Of a DNA stretch of 64,000 nucleotides, positions 15,159-28,752 are shown in pieces. The notes below the pieces were generated by a model. The model searched no databases. It was not told where the DNA came from and saw only the letters and a program-made list of their open reading frames with translations. Each line of letters opens with the position of its first letter. Position 1 is the stretch's first letter. Position numbers and translations under genes: made by a program. Source of the stretch: Octopus vulgaris (taxonomy: Eukaryota); the NCBI GenBank assembly GCA_951406725.2, contig OX597826.1:11656001-11720000 (forward strand), in the 5' to 3' direction.

Positions 15159-15516
15159 GAGCAAAAGCCCACTCCCGTCCAATGTCGTCGAACAATTAAA
15201 CCAAATTTTCTCAAAACAACTTGTCCGTCCGTCCCATAGGCCTTCCCGTTGAGAAACACTGATTTAACCTAAATTTGAGACACCAACAAAAGAAGAAATA
15301 GAGATAGACTTTTTTTCTATTCCAAAGAAAAACGATTTTATTCACCTTATCGATCGCATTCTCACCTGGAATCTGTTTTTGTAATTTTTTCAAGACTAAT
15401 ACACGCCCTGATACCGTCGGTATCTACATATCAAATTTGAGCGCAATCGGATGGAGGATGCCCGAGATCCTAAAAGGCACACAGACAGACAGACAGAACG
15501 GATTTTATATAATAGA
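15158..15516 (-). mobile_element. Non-autonomous Helitron-like element
   Basis: Minus strand starts a|TCTATTATATAAAA, then (TCTG)n, and ends in a GC-rich stretch plus CTCG|t (CTRR-like) at an AT site. Confidence 0.55.
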
Positions 15517-15557
15517 TATATGTGTGTGTGTGTGTGTGTGGTTGTGTGTGTGTGTGG

Positions 15558-15599
<42 letters not shown>

Positions 15600-16074
15600 A
15601 CACATGATTTGCTTTAATGCGTGAAAGAAGCATTCGTGGAAATGTATGTGTAGTGACCATATAGTTTGAACTCTTTTGTCGTTTCAACAAAGATTTCAGC
15701 AAGACGCAGTTGCACATGTTGCTGCTACCTTAATTTGTTTGTACATCGTACATGACGAATATTAAAATTAGAGAGGGCAGTCGCAATTTCTTGTTCCTCA
15801 AGCTTGTATTGGTCTGGTACAACAAGCGACACGACACCAGTAGTTTTCAGGATGCGGGATTTGTATGGAGTTATCTTCTCTTAGATGAGTAAATAAGAAG
15901 CTGAAGAGCCTTATCGGGTTGTCTTTCGGAGGCAACTCCTGAGAGGTCAAGGAACGCACTGCTGCAGTATTTTACACAACAAAATAATACCTTACTGGAA
16001 GTTCATAGAAATGGAACCTTGACCGGGAAAAGTTAAACCCTTCGACAACTTATGTAGTATTTATCTTTATCTGA

Positions 16075-19000
16075 ATTTTTTTAATAATTAACTTATTTTA
16101 ATTTCCAGTTTTCCTTGTTATAATTTAAGACAGCACGGCCAGGGGACCATGAAGTCTTGTACAACACAAATGGAGAACATGGCCTTTTTTTGGAAAAGAA
16201 AGAAAAAGAGAAAGCAAATAAAAAAGTAAATAATAAATGAATAAATAAGAAAGAGAAGAGAGAGAAAAGAAGGAATAAAAAATGATTAAACAGAATAAAA
16301 TAAATAGACTACACACTGCTACACATTCACTCGTCAATCACTCATAAATTCGTAATGCAGTTCTACAAGAAGTGACACTAGAGGGCTACCACGCGTTTAC
16401 AGACTCATAGGACAGTCGACACTTTTTATAAAATTCCTCTTGCTTGCTTTCATTGTATGATCTGGGTTTTTTTTTTTCAATTAGATATCTGTCGTGCACA
16501 AAATATCTAAAATGCTTGAAGGTGAGAGTGGTTTTTGACATTTTGCTTTTATATATATATAAAAAAAAATCTTTGCTAATAATATTAGCAAGTCAAAAAT
16601 GCCATCAGTATATGTGTTTTTTACTCAACCCGAACAGAATGAGATGAGGGTCAAGTTTCATGTTGCGAACATGTATGCACTTTTCATACAGCAAATCTGA
16701 AAAGCGTTGCCAGAAGACCTGTACACATTCACAATACCAGAAAAGGTGTGATACCTATTTCTTTACTACCCACAAGGGGCTAAACACAGAGGATAAACAA
16801 GGACAGACAAACGGATTAAGTCGATTATATCGACCCCAGTGCATAACTGCGTAACTGGTACTTATTTAATCGACCCCGAAAGGATGAAAGACAAAGTCGA
16901 CCTCGGCGGAATTTGAACTCAGAACGTAGCGGCAGACGAAATACTGCTGAGCATTTCGGCCGGCGTGCTAACGTCTCCCCCTCACGTTGACAAAAAGTGC
17001 ACAGGTTGCTTTCGGTCAATTTAATCTTGAATAATAAAGAATTAGTTGCTAGAATATTGTGCATGATTCTGAACTGGAACCATCGTAGTTTAGTATCTGT
17101 TGTTGTCTTTATAGGTCGTAAAAATATTTTTCCCATTCCCGTTCAGCAAGCATACACTCTTCCCATTTGTGTTTGAATATTAAACAAGCATCAACATTGT
17201 TTAAAACATGGTAGTATCGTTTCTTAATAGACATGAGCTTTCGGATAGCTGTTTTATCCTCTAAATGTTGGAAAGCAGTAGGTTTGCTTATTTTAAACTT
17301 TGTTTGGTAGCTTTTAATGACTCTGATAAGCCCATTATACTGGAGAAAATTTGTATCTAGTTTTAAAAATTCTGGAATTCTTCCAGGGTGCGGTAAGATT
17401 CATCTCAATTGATAACGTCACGAATCTGGCCAATTACTCTCTCAAACCACGTAGGAAAAAAGATTGCCTCTTTACTGACGCTTAAGTGTTTATTAAAGTA
17501 AATTGGTTCTGCTTTGAATTCATCAGATGAATTAGGCTCTGCTTTGTTTATAAACTTGTCAAAGGCAGAAATACAATTATGCCAAAAATCTTTCCTGATA
17601 TCGTTAGCTAGTTTGCTCGGGAAAAATGTTACCAAACACAGCTAAATTTTTCAGTTTTGTGGAGGAGGCATAGCATAAGTGTTTCCATTTGGATTCATAG
17701 TGAATTTCAAGCAACTTTCTCATCCAGAATAGCTTTAAAGATCTGACGTAAGTAAAAGCTTCGACCATACCAAGTCCATCTTCTTTAACAGGCTTATAAG
17801 CAACAGTCCTCTTAATTTTATCAAGTTTTCCACTCCAGAGAAATTTAAATATTTTGTTTAGTTCCTGGAGAAATTTACCCGGTGGATTTCGGAGAGTAAG
17901 GAAGAGGTAGTTCAATTTTGAAATGAGTAGTGCTTTTATAACCGTAATTCTACCCGGTTATCCATCTATCTATTATTACCTGAATTTCAAATAGTTTATT
18001 TTCAAAATTCTTTTTGGTCATATCCTTTAAATCTATTGAGAATATTACACCCCAAAGCGTGAAGTGATCTGAGTTCCATTTTATATTTAAATTAGGTAAG
18101 TATATGACTGAACTACCTCTTCTTGAACCTATCCATATCACCTGAGACTTATCATAGTTAAGTTTAAATACGGATATATCAGAGAAAAAATTCAAGGTGT
18201 CAAAAGTGGCTTCAAAAGACTCTTGTGAACCGTCTAAAACGATCTCTAAATCGTCTGAATATTGCGCCAACAGCTACTCCCCATCATCAACTGTGATTCC
18301 TTTAATATCTCGTTTTTTTTTTGTCTTATAAGACCAGCCAAGACCTCGACGCAGAGGATAAAATATACGGAGGGAGGGGATTGCTCTGTCTACAGCCCCG
18401 CTCAACAGCGAACCAAGGAGACAATGTACCATTAATTGTCAGGCAAGATCTGGGACCATTGTACAGAATATTGAACCACTTACGGACGTCCTCACCAAAA
18501 CCCAAAAAAATCTAATGTCTTGTTTGTAAATGACCACGAGACAGAATCAAATGCCTTCTCAAAATCTATTAAAAACAATATTCCCGGTATGTCATTTGAT
18601 TCTGTGTAGTGCATCAGAATCATATATCAATCTTACGTTTTCCCCATGTGTCTATTAGATATGAATCTTGTTTGACCATTACTAACCAACTTTGGAAGGA
18701 TACTTTTAAACCTCTCAGTAATAACAGATGAGAGTAGTTTGTAGGCAGTATTGAGAAGTGAAATAGGTCTCCAGTCCTTCAAAAAACGCTTGGGCTTATC
18801 TCCTTTCGGAATACGAGTAATCATACCTTACCTCTGTGACACAGACAGATAACCTTTGGCAAAGCTATAGTTGAATGACCTCAACAAAAACGGAGGTAAA
18901 TCTTTCCAAAAGAATTTATGAAAATCATCGAGGGTTATTGGGCCTTCCAATGAGTCCCAATCTCCCTTACTAAGCCTATACAGGTTCCTTTCAGAAAGAA

Positions 19001-19215
19001 AGTTCAAGATCTCAATCTTTCAGCACATGCTCCCTAAAAGAATACAATCTTTCGTAAAATGATGTTGCTTCAAGAACAAAATCCTTTGTATTTTCTATAG
19101 TAGATCCATTATCTGGCTGTAATTGGGGCCATACCTTTACTTACAAAATTCCTATTTTCTAGATTGCAAAATTAACGGCTAATCTTCTCCCCTTTATCTA
19201 TCCTTTATCTGAAAT
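16075..19215 (-). pseudogene. Decayed L1/Tx1-clade LINE ORF2 (RT and C-terminal CCHC region)
   Basis: Frameshifted fragments IPKGDKPK..DWRPISLLNTAYKLL, QYSDD (YADD), FLWSGKLDKIKR..GLG, KLRWFQFRIMHNILATN..CTFC..HLFWYC. Ends approximate. Confidence 0.92.
16754..16975 (-). mobile_element. SINE family B inserted in the LINE zinc-knuckle region
   Basis: Splits CTFCQREGET from HLFWYC. Confidence 0.88.
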
Positions 19216-19262
19216 TTGAATGTTTTGCAGAAACACACCTATACACACACATCCATAAGTAC

Positions 19263-19328
<66 letters not shown>

Positions 19329-19415
19329 TAATACATAAACATATAAATGTATATATAACATACATATATGTATACATACATATATATATACGTATATATA
19401 TATATATATATATAT

Positions 19416-19650
19416 GTCCTTGTTTCGTATACATTCGATCCTTTTTCCAAGAAATCTAATGCTCGTAGCTTAGTTTTTCCTTGGAGCTGGCCGGATCAGA
19501 GCGATCTCAAGATTAATCAGCCGAAATTGCGAGGATGATCCGGTTCTTGACTGAAGATTAGAGGCTTCGAATGACCCGTCCGTTTTTTGTGTCGTCTATT
19601 TGAGTGTTTTGCGTTCTTATCCCATTTTGTATTTTTATATATAATTTTTA
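19416..19650 (+). mobile_element. TA-embedded element, family P (most complete structured region)
   Basis: (TA)n on both sides; homologous to the 7477, 36715 and 62400 copies. Confidence 0.75.
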
Positions 19651-20356
19651 AGGATATATATATATATATATACATGTATGTATCTACACACACACATATA
19701 TACATATATATATACATATATATATACATATACATATACACACACATGCATATGTACATACACTCAGAAAGATATATGGTATAAATAAATGAATAATTAA
19801 ATAAATAAATAAATGGATAAAGTAAAAAAAACAAATAAATAAATAAATAAACAAATAAGACGCGTTCGACTAAAGGGATGAAGAGACTGAAAATAACATG
19901 AAATACAGAAATGAGAAAAGCTGAGAGAAAACCAGAAGCAGAAAAGAAAGCTAGAAGGAAGAAAGGATATTCGAATAAGAGAATAAGAGAATATATAAAA
20001 CAAAGAGAGAATGTGGATGCGTAAGCGTAAATAATTCGCGGACACGAAGCGGACACTTGGTGTGATTACGTTACGTAGAAACGGTTAATCAGTCGCTAAT
20101 TTACGATATCAGAGGTCGGCATATGTCAAAGAAACTCGCCGACTCTCTGTCCTTGAGGTCGAGAATAAAAGCTAAACTGTGCTTGGTGTTTGCCATACAC
20201 GTTCAACAACTGTCTTCACCTGGGAATTACGATGAATAAAAGAATATCAGAAATAGACGAAGAAAGAAAAAAAAGTAATAAAAAATAATGTAAGGGGAAA
20301 ACAACGATCCATTAGTGTTTTATACATACATATATGTGTGTGTATCTGTGTATATA

Positions 20357-20453
<97 letters not shown>

Positions 20454-20474
20454 ATATGTATGTATTTATATATG

Positions 20475-20533
<59 letters not shown>

Positions 20534-20622
20534 ATATGTATTTATTTATATATATATATATATATATGTACATATATGTATGTGTGTATATACATAAATA
20601 CACACATATATGTATGTATATG

Positions 20623-20658
<36 letters not shown>

Positions 20659-21018
20659 TACTATCAACTGTTATACTTATATATATGTGTGTGTATTATG
20701 CATCTATGTATATCTATGTAATGTGTGTGTGTGTATAAATATATTTAATATGTTTATATCTACATCAGTTACCTATCTATTTTTCTGTCCTATACATGCA
20801 TATACATATACATAAATACATATATACGTGTGTATATGTAACTGTGTGTGTGTGCATTTAGTATCTGTAAGTGTTATTTCTTCTTCGGGTGAAGTGAGTT
20901 TTATTGAGTTAGGTTGCTGTCATTGAGTTTGGTGCAACCCGATGCACAAAGTCGCTGCATAAACTTCGTACAACGGGCATCGTCTTACCGGATACACACA
21001 TAAGTACAAAAATTATTA

Positions 21019-21071
<53 letters not shown>

Positions 21072-21709
21072 CCACACACACACACACAATGCTAGCACAT
21101 AAACACACGCATACACTAGTGATCGCAACTTGATACGTCTCTTGTAGCTGGAAATTCTTAAGAGAGCCTTCATGATAGAATTTACCGAATATATTAGGTC
21201 AACTGCCCCCATGACAGCATCATTTTCACACTGCTACCAGCTCCACCTTCACTGTTCGTACCACAAAACCCTCACTGCTTTCTACTAACATAAGTACTAC
21301 TATATGGTCATATCAATTGGGAGGATTAAGATCCATTGAGACCCTAGGCGCTTAAAAGGTTTTGATGTCTCCATATACATGTAATTTAAAATATAAGCCA
21401 TAATAATGTTTATTTTTGTGTACTTCTAATTCATTTATGTTTGATAAATTTTCTCCTCACTATTACACTATAAACAATTCGAAATCATAGTTGCGATCTT
21501 CGAATATTAGCAAGTTTAAAGTGATTTCTTTTGTGACGTAAACCAGTTACCATTTCTGTGGTGCTCCCTTTCGTTGATGCCCTAAGCACGTGCTTATTTT
21601 GCTTAGTGGCTAATGTAGCACTGCAATGCCAACCACACATCTGTACTTGTACCAAAACGGCACTAACTTTACACAGACTTAGCAACACCACAAATATACC
21701 ACATCCACA

Positions 21710-22120
21710 TAGGCGTAGGAGTGGCTGTGTGGTAAGTAGCAAGCTTATGAATCACATGGTTCCTGGTTCAGTCCCACTGCGTGGCACCTTGGGAAAGCGT
21801 CTTCTACTATAGCCTCGGGCTGACCAAAGTCTTGTGAGTGGATTTGGTAGACGGAAACTGAAAGAAGCCCGTCGTATATATGTATATATTTATTGAAATT
21901 GTGTGTATGTTTGTGTGTCTGTGTTTGTCTCCCCAACATCGCTTGACAACCGATGCTGGTGTGTTTACGTCCCCGTAACTTAGCGGTTCGGCAAAAGGGA
22001 CCGATAGAATAAGTACTAGGCTTACAGAAGAATAAGTCCTGGGGTCGATTTGCTCGACTAAAGGCGGTGCTCCAGCATGGCCGCAGTCAAATGACTGAAA
22101 CAAGTAAAAAGAGTAAAGAG
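21710..22120 (+). mobile_element. SINE family A, near-consensus full copy
   Basis: ggcgtaggagtggctgtgtggtaag ... ggtgctccagcatggccgcagtcaaatgactgaaacaagtaaaaagagtaaagag. Confidence 0.9.
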
Positions 22121-22865
22121 TATCTACTTTCAACACTACAAACGGCATCACAAGACCATTATTTCATTGACCAACACTAAATCCACATCACACCCAACAT
22201 CACAGCACCAAGACCCCTTTCATCACCCTGATCTGTATTCAGATATCCCTCACCCCTGTGCGATCTTTAAATGACTTAAACGGCCTTCACACCAGCCCCT
22301 TCGACCATTTCCTCCACTCACTTCTTTACATCTCTGCAAAACAATATTTGTCTTCATTGACAGCGATGTGTCAGAATAAATAACTTAATCTGTTGGTCCG
22401 TTTGCGAATGTATGTGTGTGTGTGTGTGTGTGTGTGTTATATGAGTGTGCATGTGGATGTGGATGTGTGTGCGTGTATGTGCGTAGTTGCTGGCGAGCGC
22501 GTGTGTACGTAAATTATGTATGTGTATGAGTGTTTTAGTTTGTAAGGGTGTATACGTGTTTGTTAATTGATGGTACGTAAGTGGGGTTATTTCTTAGATG
22601 CATTATGCACCATGCAGATACACACATGCATGCACCCCCCACACACAAACACACATACAGATAATACACACGCCACACATATACTTATATACGAACATAT
22701 ATATGTGTATATTCAGTGTGTATAGTTGTACGACTACACGCATTTGTAAGGTTTAACGTTGGGCTATGTGGCAGTTTCGAAATACATAGGAGTGGTGGCC
22801 AGATGAGACACAGGAAATAAATGTATAGGTAGAGTTTAGATGAGGGTAAGATACGATAAGATAAC

Positions 22866-23070
22866 GTTTGTGATGGTCATGATGATTGATGACAATGATG
22901 ATGATGATGATGATGATGATGGTGATGATGATGGTGATGGTGCTGAAAGTGGTAATCGTGATGATGATGCTGATGACGATGGTGATGGTGGTGGAAGTGA
23001 AGTTGTTGGTGGAAGTGGTGATCGTGATGATGATGCTGATGACGATGATGATGGTGAAGTGGTGATGACG

Positions 23071-23101
<31 letters not shown>

Positions 23102-23210
23102 TAATGATTGTGAGAATAATGATGATGATGATGATAATGATGGTGAGAATGATGAAGTGGTGATGATGACGATGACGACGATGATGATGACGATAATGAT
23201 GGTGAGAATG
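22866..23210. repeat. (GAT)/(GGT)/(GAC) trinucleotide low-complexity tract
   Basis: Read directly. Confidence 0.9.
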
Positions 23211-23537
23211 TAATGTGTACTCATGGTGGTGGTTTTGGTAATAGAGGTGGTGCTTGTGATTGCGGTGGTTATAGGAATTTAAAGGTGATCGATGGTAGGT
23301 GGGGGTTGTAAGGGTGGGGCATGCAAGTACGTATGCTTGTAAAGTAAAAGAGTGATAGAGGTCTGTGAAACAGACACTTGGGCGTCAGAGCTAAGCCATA
23401 GTTTGACCTCCATCGGACGAGATTATTGCAGTTTTAGCATTCCATAGCATGCACGGAACGAGGGAATTTAATTAGTAACTAAATGAAGAAGAGAAAAACA
23501 CCACACGGCAAATAAACAAGACATACTACGAACTCAT

Positions 23538-23820
23538 TGAAAGAAGAAAGGAGAGGAAGAGAGGGAGAGGGAGAGGGAGGAGAAGAGGAGGAAGAAGAAG
23601 GGGAAGATGAAGAAGAAGGGAAAGATGAAGAAGAAGAAGAAGAAGAAGAAGAAGAAGAAGAAGAAGAAGAAGAAGAGAGAAGAAGGAGAAGAAGAAGAAG
23701 AAGAAGAAGAAGAAGAAGAAGAAGAAGAAGATGATGATGATGAAGAATAATAATAATAAGGAGGAGAAGAAGAAGAAGAAGAAGAAGAAGAAGAAGAAGA
23801 AGAAGAAGAAGAAGAAGGGA
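23538..23820. repeat. (GAA)n purine tract
   Basis: Read directly. Confidence 0.93.
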
Positions 23821-24417
23821 TAGGAAAATACTGAAAGGAAAAGGAGATGAAAATGTGGGTGTGACAGTTATACAGATGGATGATAACTAAGTTGATTGGC
23901 AGTCATACGCACAATGTGTGTATGCGTTTGTGTATATGTGTGTGTGTGTATGTGGGTGTGCGTGTGTTTGATTGTATGACAAACTTTGTATATCATAAGA
24001 GAGCGCAGAGAGAGAGAGAGAGAGAGAGAGAAAGTGAAAGTGAAAGTGAGAGAGTAATTAGCTGCATATGTGTATGTATACATCATATGTGCATAAAATG
24101 CATATGTGCGAAACATATACACACACACACACACACACATATCATATATATACACACATAAACACAGAGATACACATATGTAATATATATATATATATAT
24201 ATATACATATATATACATATAATGCATGCGTATGTGTGTGAGTTTGTGTGTGTGTGCACACAAACACATGTCTACGCGTAGAAACATTTCGACAATAATG
24301 ATTAAATACAAAGATTGGATGATAGGAAGATATATATTTAAATAGATAGATAGACAGACAAATAGATTGATATATAGATAGATTGATATATATATATATA
24401 TATATAATTATTTGAGG

Positions 24418-24452
<35 letters not shown>

Positions 24453-24682
24453 GGTGGATAGATAGATACATAGATAGATAAACCGATGTATATATTGACA
24501 GATGGATAAATAGATATATAGACAGACAGATGGATAGATAGATGGATAGATAGGTAGATAGATAGGTAGATAGATAGATAGATAGATAAAGGGATATATA
24601 TATATATATGTATATAATTAGACAGATATATATATATTTATATAAATATATATATATATATAGAGAGAGATGGATAGATAGG

Positions 24683-24746
<64 letters not shown>

Positions 24747-25047
24747 CGCAAGGATGGATTTATTGGATATGAGTTTGCTTAATATTTCCTATCCTACCCC
24801 TATCTCATGTATACACCCGCATCTCGAATATATTAGGACTATACTTTTAGCTCTTTGGAAGGTTTTTTTCTTTAAATATGCCTTATCATTATTATCATTT
24901 CTGTTGAGGTTGTTGTCCTTATTGTTATAATTATTGTTATTTTATTATTTTATCATTATTATTATTATTATTATAGCAGAGTTATCATCATTAAGATTGG
25001 AATTTCTATTCCATTTATCATATATCAACTGTTTCCCATTACTCACC

Positions 25048-25108
<61 letters not shown>

Positions 25109-25193
25109 AGTATATATATATATATGACTATATATATATATATGTAAATATATATATATATACTTATATATATATATTAATACATGTATGTAA

Positions 25194-25246
<53 letters not shown>

Positions 25247-25329
25247 TATATATACTTATATATATGTATATATATTAATACATGTATGTATGTGTGCGTA
25301 TACATACGTACATGCACATATATATATTA

Positions 25330-25360
<31 letters not shown>

Positions 25361-25378
25361 CATACATACATACGTACG

Positions 25379-25410
<32 letters not shown>

Positions 25411-26630
25411 CACACACACACACATGTACGTGTACACACGCATACAGGCACACTTATAAAGCATGCACATACAAACATGTTGTGAATGTATGTAATTAAG
25501 TGTGTAATTTTATATTGTACAGATGGTTATATGCATTGATATTTGTATTTTCTTTCTTACTACTTCTCTCTCTGTGTCTCTCCCCGTATATGAATGTGTG
25601 TGTGTGTGTGTGTGTGTAATATACAAGTCATTTTCCCCTACAATCTAAAGTGAAGTAATTCATTTAAATGATCTAATAAGTATAAACTGTGCTGTGTAAT
25701 TATTGTATCGACCTGCTGCATCCGTGGTACATTACGCTATCGGTATTTCCTTCTCAATTAACTCCAACACTCTTTATTGACATTGGCACACCACCACCAC
25801 CACCTACACCAATACCACCACCACTATAGCCGCAACCACCTACTATGACAACCACAACTCTGGCATATCAGTTTTAAGAAAGATTTTATTTGCTTGTTGC
25901 TTTCTGTTTAAATGAGGCATTTTCAAACTTCTTAATAGATATTATCATAAAATAGACGACGGGTGACATTTTTCGAAGAAGAGTGCCGCTTGGGGCGTGG
26001 GTCATCATCATCAAGCGGGCGGCACTGCTAAAACATTTCAAGGTAATACATTTTCGTTAGGTGTGCCATTCAGAAAGTCCCACGAGCCACAGCTTTTCCA
26101 TGACTATATAAAAATGTATCCACTTTTAACAAACTTAAAATGAGATTACTAATAAAACTAACATCCCCACCGCCACTACGTTGGTTTCAAATTTTGGCAC
26201 GATGCCAGCAATCTCAGAGGAGGGGGTGTTGTCGATTACATTGACCCCTGTAGTCAACTGGTACTTATTTTATCGACCTCCTAAGTGTGAAAGACAAATT
26301 TGACCTCGGCGGAATTTGAACTCAGAACCTAAAGTCGGACGAAATGCTACAAAGCATTTTAACCGATGTGCTAATGATTCTACCAGCTCACTGCCTTAAA
26401 GGTAACAAATAACATTATCAACAATAATGGCAAAAATAACAACAGCAATATGAACAACCACAGCAATAACATCGCCAACGATTTTACAATGTTTACAGTA
26501 AATACGTCAGAAATGTTTAAATACTGATTTCTACAAAGTCATAAAACTAAAACGTACAGAGAAAATATAAAAATGACAATTTTATTCTTCATAGGTGCAG
26601 GCGTTACTGTGTGGTAAGAATAAGCACAGG

Positions 26631-27447
26631 CGAGCTAACGTTTCTGCCAGCTCGCCGCCTTGCTCTCGCCGCCTTGCGAGCAAGGCGGCGAGCTGGCAGA
26701 AACGTTAAATGCTTAGCGGTATTTCGTCTGCCGTTACGTTCAGAGTTCAAATTCCGCCGAGGTCGACTTTGCCTTTTATCCTTTCGGGATCGATTAAATA
26801 AGTACCAGTTGCGTACTGGGGTCGATATAATCGACTTAATCCGTTTGTCTGTCCTTGTTTGTCCTCTCTGTGTTTAGCCCCTTGTGGCTAGTAAAGAAAT
26901 AGGTATTTCGTCTGCCGCTACGTTCTGAGTTCAAATTCCGCCGAGGTCGACTTTGCCTTTCATCCTTTTGGGGTCGATTACATAAGTACCAGTTACGCAC
27001 TGGGGTCGATACAATCGACTTAATCCGTTTGTCTGTCCTTGTTTGTCCCCTCTGTGTTTAGCTCCTTGTGGGTAGTAAAGAAATAGGCATTTCGTCTGCC
27101 GCTACGTTCTCAGTTCGAATTCCGCCGAGGTCGACTTTGCCTTTCATCCTTTCCCGGTCGATTAGATAAGTACCAGTTATGCCCTGGGATCGGTCTAATC
27201 GACTTAATCCGTTTGTTTGACTTTGTTTGTATTCTCTGTGTTTAGCCCCTTGTGGGTTGTAAAGAAATAGGTATTTCGTCTGCCGTTACGTTCTGAGTTC
27301 AAATTACGCCGAGGTCGACTTTGCATTTCATCCTTTCGAGGTTGATAAATTAAGTACCAGTTACGTACTGGGGTCGCTGTAATCGATTTAATCCCTTTGT
27401 CCTTGTTTGTCCCCTCTTTGTTTAGCCCCTTGTGGGCAATAAAGAAA
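26631..27447 (+). mobile_element. SINE family B tetramer with 5' fold-back, flanked by a 16-bp TSD
   Basis: One head and four ~184-bp bodies; TSD taagaataagc(a/g)cagg at 26615-26630 and 27448-27463. Confidence 0.85.
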
Positions 27448-27624
27448 TAAGAATAAGCGCAGGTGTGGTTGTGTGGCAAGCAGTTTGCTTCCCAACTACA
27501 TGGTTCAAGGTTCAATCCCACTGCGTGACACCTTGGGTAAGTATCTTCTACTATAGCTTCGGGCCGACCAAAATCTTGTGAGTGGATTTGATAAAAGGAA
27601 ACTAAAAGAAGACCGTCGTATATA

Positions 27625-27682
<58 letters not shown>

Positions 27683-27711
27683 CAAAATAGGCAACAGGAT
27701 ATCAAATAGTA

Positions 27712-27799
27712 ATGCAGTACGACCGTTTCAAGCGGCTCCATTTAACTGAACAATGCAATCATTACACCAATGTAAATGCACTGTTATCTTCAGCTGCAC
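27712..27799 (-). ncRNA. Type I hammerhead motif (left arm)
   Basis: GTGCAG-CTGAAGA-TAAC...GCTT-GAAA-CGGTCG-TA-CTGCAT; stem II weak. Confidence 0.6.
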
Positions 27800-27828
27800 A
27801 AATGAATAAATGGAATTTTAACAAGTAG

Positions 27829-27916
27829 GTGCAGCTGAAGATAGCCCTGCATTTAAATTGATGTAATAATTGCATAGTTCAATTCAATGGAGCCGCTTGA
27901 AACGTTCGTACTGCAT
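27829..27916 (+). ncRNA. Type I hammerhead motif (right arm)
   Basis: GTGCAG-CTGAAGA-TAGC...GCTT-GAAA-CGTTCG-TA-CTGCAT; stem I GTGCAG/CTGCAT. Confidence 0.7.
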
Positions 27917-28404
27917 CACTACTTGATATCCTGTGGCTTATTTTATTTTCATTCCCCTTCGAGCTGTGCGGATAATACCGGACTGACTTAGTGCTTCAAC
28001 TTAAGTACCTAATTCAACTGAGTCTTAATTATATGTGTGTGTGTGTGTGTGTATGTATATGTGTGTGTGTACGTATGTATGTATGTTTGTATATTTGTGT
28101 GTTTGTGTGCGTGCGTATGTGCGCACGCGTAGCTGTGTCTCACTGCTTGACAACCATATTCTTCAAAGACCTGAATAAGTGGAAATCCGAAGGAGCAATA
28201 TCTGTTGAATATGGAGAGTGAGGTAACACATCCCAGCCGAGCTGCAGGAATTTTTGTTTGGTTCCGAAAGCATCAAGTGCCGAAAATGAACTTTCCCATC
28301 TTCCATTTTAAAGAATTACAGAATTAACACAGGTTATAGGAACATAAACCTTCTTCTACGAAAAGATAGCTTAAACTGTGCTCTAAATGGAGGTGTAGTT
28401 AAAT

Positions 28405-28752
28405 CACCTGACCCCGGCTGACAGTACCCGGTATGGGCCCCTATCCAGGGTTACAAGAAGGAGACAACCTTCAAAGAAATCCGGAGTGGAGCCCCGAAGG
28501 CGATTTAGTGTTCGACTCGACACTCTTGTGGCAGCTCCTGCAACCAAGCTGGTGCCAAACGTAATGCTCTGCACTCCTTTTGACTACGTTAGCAAGGTCG
28601 AGAGAGGAAGCTTGACGATTGGGCTACCCAGGATTTTCTTACATCTATCCCAGGCCTGCGCAGAACTGGAGAGGACATTAAATGTAAAAACCAGACTGGA
28701 TAAGTTTATGCGCAATTCCATTGTCTCCCGAGACAAAAGGATGCCAACAATA
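28405..28752 (+). mobile_element. RTE-derived non-autonomous retroposon
   Basis: 3' end ccattgtctcccgagacaaaaggatgccaac resembles RTE LINE tails (from recall); a second copy lies inverted at 30722-31155. Confidence 0.55.

Larger units (their letters stand above)
27678..27949. repeat. Imperfect inverted repeat (~120-bp arms, 29-bp spacer), PLE pseudo-LTR-like
   Basis: Arms 27678-27799 and 27829-27949 are reverse complements. Confidence 0.88.

Noticed and set aside
19488-19581. HDV-like ribozyme or SECIS reading of family P
   Set aside because: GGCCGG and CGAAUG recall HDV, but P3/L3 and P1.1 are missing; the AUGA...GA helix is too poor for a SECIS.
26718-27447. CRISPR-like or satellite array
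   Set aside because: Units are whole SINE bodies with no unique spacers, in a eukaryotic context with no cas genes.
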